NCBI GenBank assembly: GCA_002687355.1
Contig: NYZZ01000041.1
Span: forward strand, 38,156-102,155
Length of the DNA: 64,000 nucleotides
Direction of reading: 5' to 3'
DNA from: Methanobacteriota archaeon
Lineage (GTDB): Archaea; Thermoplasmatota; Poseidoniia; MGIII; CG-Epi1
Position 1 is the stretch's first letter. Each line of letters begins with the position of its first letter. Shown here piece after piece: positions 59,220 through 64,000 of the stretch. A program made the translations under genes and the position numbers. The notes beneath the pieces are model-generated. The model made no database searches. It was not told the DNA's origin and worked only from the letters and a program-made list of their open reading frames with translations.

Positions 59220-59557
59220 TGGCTTCCAAAGGCGTTCTCTATCTGTTGCTAAGCGGGCCTGCCAACACAGCACACGCGCTGGAATTGCTACGCCTGGCTG
59301 AGTCTCAGGCCGGCTTGGGCGACCACGGTGTTGCGGTGCTGCTGCAGGGTGACGGTGTCGAGTGGCTGGCTGAAGGAGCGAGCAGCGAGGCGCAGGCCGC
59401 ACTACAGGTAGTCTCAGAGCTGGGTGGCGGTGTGTTCGCTTGCTCCCACTCGCTTGCCGAGCGAGGCGTTGTGCCGGCACTGCAGGTACGCGAGGCGCAC
59501 GCGCCACAGCGGATTTCGCAAGCAGTCGCGCACGGCTGGCAGGTTATCTCTGGCTAG
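59219..59557 (+). CDS. DsrE/TusB-like small protein
   Basis: VLLQGDGV, VFAC..SL.ERG. Confidence 0.7.
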   Translation: MASKGVLYLLLSGPANTAHALELLRLAESQAGLGDHGVAVLLQGDGVEWLAEGASSEAQAALQVVSELGGGVFACSHSLAERGVVPALQVREAHAPQRISQAVAHGWQVISG

Positions 59558-59636
59558 CCGGCGCAAAAGCGTTTAACTACCTCCTAAGTGGCGCGCCCAC
59601 CGCGGTCCAGAGGGGCCCGATAATGGAGTGAATCAT

Positions 59637-59957
59637 ATGGGCAATGCAATTGAGGTAACAGACGACACATTCGCGTCAACCATCGCAGATAACCAGCTAG
59701 TGCTGGTGGACTTCTGGGCACCGTGGTGCGGCCCCTGCCGCATGGTTGCACCAGTGCTGGAAGAAATCGCCGATGAGCACGGTGACAAGGTGACTGTCGC
59801 CAAGGTGAACACCGATGAAAATCAGGGAGTTGCGTCGCAGCACGGTATCATGTCCATCCCGACAATGATGCTTTTCAAGGATGGCGAGAAAGTCGACCAG
59901 ATGGTCGGTGCACTACCCAAGCCGCAGATAATGGCAACATTAGAGAAGCATTTCTGA
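59637..59957 (+). CDS. trxA: Thioredoxin
   Basis: [18 protein letters not shown]. Confidence 0.96.
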   Translation: MGNAIEVTDDTFASTIADNQLVLVDFWAPWCGPCRMVAPVLEEIADEHGDKVTVAKVNTDENQGVASQHGIMSIPTMMLFKDGEKVDQMVGALPKPQIMATLEKHF

Positions 59958-59964
59958 ATAAGGT

Positions 59965-60558
59965 TCAACCGCTGACAACACGTACTTCGTCGCGCTCCAG
60001 CTCACTCCGTAGCTCCGCTGCATCCTCGACCGAGAGCTGGCACCGCAGCGTGAATCCCTCATACATTCCTTCGATACCACACGCCTCAACTGCAATTGGG
60101 CCTTCCGCACCACCCGCCGGCGCTAGCGTGACGTTGACCAGCCCGTCGACCGGGATACCGCCGGTGGTCGCCCGTCCTGCGAATCGGTCCAGCAGCTCCC
60201 CCGCGGTCGGCGTGCCACCGTCTAGTACCAGCACGTCGCCATAGAGCATCAGCCATCGCCCCGGATGGTCAACAGCTGGCCAGGCACGCGAAGCAGGCAG
60301 TGGCGGTCGTTTGTCTTCTGACATGCCCGCCCAGCGTCCACGTTCGCCGCTCCAGCCTTCGTCACTAGCCCCGCCATCACTGGAAAACACGTCGGCGGGC
60401 ACAGCCAGTAGGGCAACAGCTGGCACCCAGCGTTTTCCGTCCCAGATCAGTGCCGAGTGCGACAGCTTGCCGCTGTCCAGGTCGGCGCGCAGCCTAGAGG
60501 CGGGAATCGGCCCGTAGGTTTCGTCGCCGACTTTGACAGGGTATTCGGGCTCGCTCAC
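59965..60558 (-). CDS. Hypothetical protein with N-terminal GYF_2-like domain
   Basis: YGPI....L......G.L....LIW....W.P. Confidence 0.55.
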   Translation of the reverse strand: MSEPEYPVKVGDETYGPIPASRLRADLDSGKLSHSALIWDGKRWVPAVALLAVPADVFSSDGGASDEGWSGERGRWAGMSEDKRPPLPASRAWPAVDHPGRWLMLYGDVLVLDGGTPTAGELLDRFAGRATTGGIPVDGLVNVTLAPAGGAEGPIAVEACGIEGMYEGFTLRCQLSVEDAAELRSELERDEVRVVSG

Positions 60559-62837
60559 GCCTGGTTCGAGTCGTAGCGGTCGCCGTCGGTCCAGATAGTC
60601 TGGTGCCAGTAGGTACTGGTGAAGGTAGCGTCGGTGACGGTGGCGCCATTGAAATTGGCGAACTTGAGGTCCGCACTATACAGGTAGGCATCCGTGAGAT
60701 CCGCCTGATACAGGCTGACATCCGTGAGGTCCGCACTAAACAGGCTGGCATCCGTCAGGGTCGCATAAGCCAGGTAGGCATTCGTGAGGTCTGCATAATC
60801 TAGGTTGGCATCCGTCAGGTTCGCATACTGCAGGTAGGCATCCGTCAGGTCCGCATTCTTCAGGTAGGCATCCGTTAGCTTTGCATTCCTCAGGTCGGCA
60901 TCCGTGAGATCCGCATAGGCCAGATAGGCATCCGTCAGGTCCGCATACCCTAGGTAGGCATCCGTCAGGTCCGCATACTGCAGGTTGGCGCTCGCCAGGT
61001 TCGCATCATCAAGGTCGGCATCCGTCAGGTCCGCACCGTACAGGTTGGCCTCCGTCAGGTTTGCATACTTCAGGTGGGCACCTGTCAGGTGGGCACCCTC
61101 CAGGTCGGCCTCCGCCAAGTTCGCATGCTCCAGGTTGGCCTCCCTCAGGTCCGCATACTTCAGCCAGGCATCCGTCAGGTCCGCATCCTCTAGGTGGGCA
61201 TTTGACAAATCTGCACCCCCCAGGTCGGCCCCTGTCAGGTTGGCTGCCGTTAGGTCAGCTCCCACCAAGTAGGCCTCCGTCAGGTCCGCACCCACCAAGT
61301 AGGCCTCCGTCAGGTCCGCATACTGTATGTCGGCGCCCGTCAGGTTCGCATCCTCCAGGTAGGCATTCTCCAGGTTCGCATACTGCAGCTTCGCATACCT
61401 CAGTTTGGCCTCCGTCAGGTTCGCATCATTCAGGGTGGCGCCCGTCAGGTCCGCATACGCCAGGTAGGCACTCGTCAGGTCCGCATACCATAGGTTGGCA
61501 TTCGTCAGGTCCGCATCCTCCAGGTTGGCGCTCGTCAGGTTCGCCTGATACAGAGTGGCATCCGTCAGGTCCGCATCCACCAGGTAGGTGTTCGTCAACT
61601 TCGCATCCCCCAGCATAGCATTCGTCAGGTCCGCATCCTCCAGGTAGGCATTCGTCAGGTCGGCATTCATCAGCCAGGCCTCCGTCAGGTCCGTATACTG
61701 TAGGTTGGCACCATGCAGGTCCGCCCGATACAGGTCCGTATCCGTGAGGTCCGCATGCTTCAGGTTGGCACCTGTGAGGTCCGCATACTGCATGTCGGCG
61801 CCCGCCAGGTTGGCGGATATCAAGTAAGCTCCTGCCAGGTCCGCCTCATACAGGTTGGCATCCGTCAGGTCCGCACCCGCCAGGTACGCACCCGCCAGAT
61901 CCGCATCCTCCAGGTTGGCATCCGTCAGGTCCGCACAATACAGGATGGCTTCCGTCAGGTCCGCCTCATACAGGGCGGCTCCCGTCAGGTCTGCATACGC
62001 CAAGACGGCTTCCGTCAGGTTCGCCTCATACAGGTTCGCAAACCTCAGTTTAGCATCTATCAGGTCAGTCCACTTCAGGTCCGCACCCGTCAGGTACGCA
62101 CCTGACAGGTCCGCACCATACAGGTTGGCATCCGTCAGGTTCGCGCCACTCAGGTTGGCGTTGCGCAGGTCAATCCACCTCAGGTCCTTCCCACTCAAGT
62201 TCATTCCTCCCATCTCGGCATCCTCGCACTTGCCGTACGGCACCAGATAGCAGGAGTTGACGTTAGCGAGGTCCTCCTCCAGCGCTTGGATATCGGCTGC
62301 GTGCTCCGCTTCGAGCAGCGCGATTTGCGTGGTGTGCTGGTCGAGCATCTGGTTGATATTCGTGATCGCAGTCTCGAGTGTCGTGACCCTCGCATCAAGA
62401 GCTGCGAGCTGTGTCTCGACTGCATTCAGGTCGGCTGTGACCGTGCTGATGTTTGTTGCGGCTGCGTTAAGGTCGTCTGCGCCCGCGCTCAGGTTTGCCT
62501 CCAGTGCCTCTATCAGCAGCAGGTCGGCATCGAGGATATCGATGATGGTATCGAGTTCCTCCTGTAGCTCGGCAATCTGCGCGTTGGTTGTGTTGTCCTC
62601 GCTCTCGTTCACGAGCGCGTCCATACGCGTGTCAAGAGCCTCGATGAGTGCAAGGTCGGTATCAAGGATGTCGGAGATTGCCTTGAGATCCTCGTTCAGC
62701 GTGGCGATGTCCGCGCTGTTCTGGCTGGTACCTTCTTCCAGCTTACTGGTGTCAACCGGTTCAGCTCCGTCCAGACAGCCGATTAGTGCCGTGGTCAGCA
62801 GCATTAGTGCTAACGGCAGGGTTGCGATGCGGGTCAT
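60555..62837 (-). CDS. Lipoprotein with coiled-coil stalk and about 100 pentapeptide repeats
   Basis: Lipobox ALIGC, acidic heptads, A(D/N/Y)Lxx repeats; ATG at 62837. Confidence 0.9.
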   Translation of the reverse strand: MTRIATLPLALMLLTTALIGCLDGAEPVDTSKLEEGTSQNSADIATLNEDLKAISDILDTDLALIEALDTRMDALVNESEDNTTNAQIAELQEELDTIIDILDADLLLIEALEANLSAGADDLNAAATNISTVTADLNAVETQLAALDARVTTLETAITNINQMLDQHTTQIALLEAEHAADIQALEEDLANVNSCYLVPYGKCEDAEMGGMNLSGKDLRWIDLRNANLSGANLTDANLYGADLSGAYLTGADLKWTDLIDAKLRFANLYEANLTEAVLAYADLTGAALYEADLTEAILYCADLTDANLEDADLAGAYLAGADLTDANLYEADLAGAYLISANLAGADMQYADLTGANLKHADLTDTDLYRADLHGANLQYTDLTEAWLMNADLTNAYLEDADLTNAMLGDAKLTNTYLVDADLTDATLYQANLTSANLEDADLTNANLWYADLTSAYLAYADLTGATLNDANLTEAKLRYAKLQYANLENAYLEDANLTGADIQYADLTEAYLVGADLTEAYLVGADLTAANLTGADLGGADLSNAHLEDADLTDAWLKYADLREANLEHANLAEADLEGAHLTGAHLKYANLTEANLYGADLTDADLDDANLASANLQYADLTDAYLGYADLTDAYLAYADLTDADLRNAKLTDAYLKNADLTDAYLQYANLTDANLDYADLTNAYLAYATLTDASLFSADLTDVSLYQADLTDAYLYSADLKFANFNGATVTDATFTSTYWHQTIWTDGDRYDSNQA
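60630..62220 (-). repeat. Coding 15/30-nt periodic repeat array (pentapeptide repeats)
   Basis: Recurring tccgtcaggtccgca units; exact 30-nt tandem duplication at 61261-61320. Confidence 0.9.
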
Positions 62838-62888
62838 ACGTGGGCATTTACGCTGGTCTAAATTAGTATAATCTATAGGGACGACCAC

Positions 62889-62950
62889 CACGCCGGGTTG
62901 GAGTTGTAGCGCTCGCTGTTGTTCCAGACGCTGGGAGCTAGTATGTGCTG
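62889..62950 (-). pseudogene. Decayed relic of a pentapeptide-gene 3' end
   Basis: 33 of 40 nt identical to 60556-60595; encodes VWNNSERYNSNPA vs IWTDGDRYDSNQA; TGG-to-TAG change and an indel further 5'. Confidence 0.7.
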
Positions 62951-62954
62951 AGTT

Positions 62955-63998
62955 TCAGCTGCCGAAAATACGTTCGCGGTAGATGTAGCCCAGTGCCCCA
63001 AAGGTCGACGCCACTACTGCCACAATAAGTGCGATTGACACCCAGTCGCGTCCATCGTCACTCACGGCCACGGTCAGTGGTTTGACTTGCTGGCTCTCTT
63101 CCTTCTCCTCTACAACTACATTTCCAGAATCAGCGACTACGATAACAGTATGCTGTCCCGACGGGAGGTTGCTCCAGGTCGCCTCAACTACGTGTGTGTT
63201 CTCGATGCCAGCCACTAACGTAGAGCCGTCAACAGTAACGTTGGCAATCAGGTGCGCTGTGTCAGCCAAGTCGTAGTAAAATGCTACACTGAAGTTCTGA
63301 GTGATGTTCTCGTTGAACAGCTTCAGTTCAGCACTGATTAGTATGCTATCACCTTCAGTCGGCGCATCGTTCGAGAAATTGATTTGGGCGATTCCCAAAT
63401 TAGGCCGCAGCTGTTTGCCTACCATCACGGTGCGCACCGCCACATCTGAGTTGCCGGCGCGGTCAGTGACTGTTAGCAGCACGCTGTAGCCCTCATCGCG
63501 TGCAGCATCGTAAATATGGTCTGGCTGCATTCCACTGCCATTGACACCGTCACCAAAATCCCAATGGAACGTTAGCTGTTCGTGCGTGTCATAGTTGTCT
63601 AGAGTTAGGTTGGCGTTGAAAGTAGTAACTATATTCTCAACAGCAGACTCATTGAAGCTTTCACTTCCGGCCTCGTAGTAGGTGAAGGCAGGCGCGGGGC
63701 GAGTAATGTCGTTGACGTGGACAGTCTGCACGACGCTAGCAGAGTTTCCAGCTGCGTCGGTGGTGCTCAGCGAGACCTGATAGTCACCCGGGTCGAGATA
63801 CTGCTTGTTGACCACTTCGCCACTATTGGTGGTGTTGTCGCCAAAATCCCACTCCCAACTGCTGATGTACGATTGACCATCGCTTGATCCAGAGCCGTTA
63901 AACACCAGCGTCGAGCCGGTCGCTTCGTCGTCGGAGAACAACTCATCGACATTGGTGCCGTTGTATGGCTCGCCCGGATCGGTCGAGGCGATAGTGCC
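62955..63998 (-). CDS. PKD/CARDB surface protein with C-terminal TM (partial, starts beyond window)
   Basis: WDFGD PKD motifs twice, CARDB-like domain, TM plus basic tail; frame open to the window end. Confidence 0.85.
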   Translation of the reverse strand, partial: GTIASTDPGEPYNGTNVDELFSDDEATGSTLVFNGSGSSDGQSYISSWEWDFGDNTTNSGEVVNKQYLDPGDYQVSLSTTDAAGNSASVVQTVHVNDITRPAPAFTYYEAGSESFNESAVENIVTTFNANLTLDNYDTHEQLTFHWDFGDGVNGSGMQPDHIYDAARDEGYSVLLTVTDRAGNSDVAVRTVMVGKQLRPNLGIAQINFSNDAPTEGDSILISAELKLFNENITQNFSVAFYYDLADTAHLIANVTVDGSTLVAGIENTHVVEATWSNLPSGQHTVIVVADSGNVVVEEKEESQQVKPLTVAVSDDGRDWVSIALIVAVVASTFGALGYIYRERIFGS

Positions 63999-64000
63999 CT

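Noticed and set aside
60630-62220. CRISPR-like periodic repeats
   Set aside because: 15/30-nt in-frame coding periodicity, no unique spacers and no cas genes
62889-62950. Diversity-generating retroelement template repeat (AAC codons opposite GAC/ACC)
   Set aside because: Only 4 of 7 mismatches fall at adenines, the copy has an indel and a stop, and no reverse transcriptase is in the window

Overview
GC-rich archaeal core-genome window, most consistent with marine Thermoplasmatota (Marine Group II/III-like). This is inferred from the archaeal r-proteins, unsplit RpoB, and PKD/CARDB/FG-GAP surface proteins. In order it holds: the uL3-to-uL15 ribosomal superoperon with a structured 5' leader; thiolase; ValRS; folP; a large FG-GAP surface protein; a fic-like/smc/scpA/scpB/tat cluster; an ArsC/DUF47/Pit/PhoU phosphate module; an AT-richer redoxin/CcdA pair; transketolase; the tRNA-Lys/rpoH/rpoB/rpoA1/rpoA2/rpl30e cluster; glpX with a class I aldolase; ArsR/CDF; peptidases; DUF531; mutL; an AT-rich FTR1/DtxR iron module; thioredoxin; and a very long pentapeptide-repeat lipoprotein. 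The strongest candidates for something new are: (1) a catalytically degenerate Fic protein ending in a PCNA-interacting (PIP)-like motif and coupled to the condensin operon; (2) an RNA polymerase A'' subunit with a ~385-aa N-terminal extension containing HhH-like and EVE/PUA-like domains; (3) an r-protein leader RNA with a duplicated internal-loop motif; (4) apparent CTG start codons in scpB and rpoH; and (5) repeated loss of zinc-ligand cysteines. Domain calls were made by eye and need profile or structure searches.
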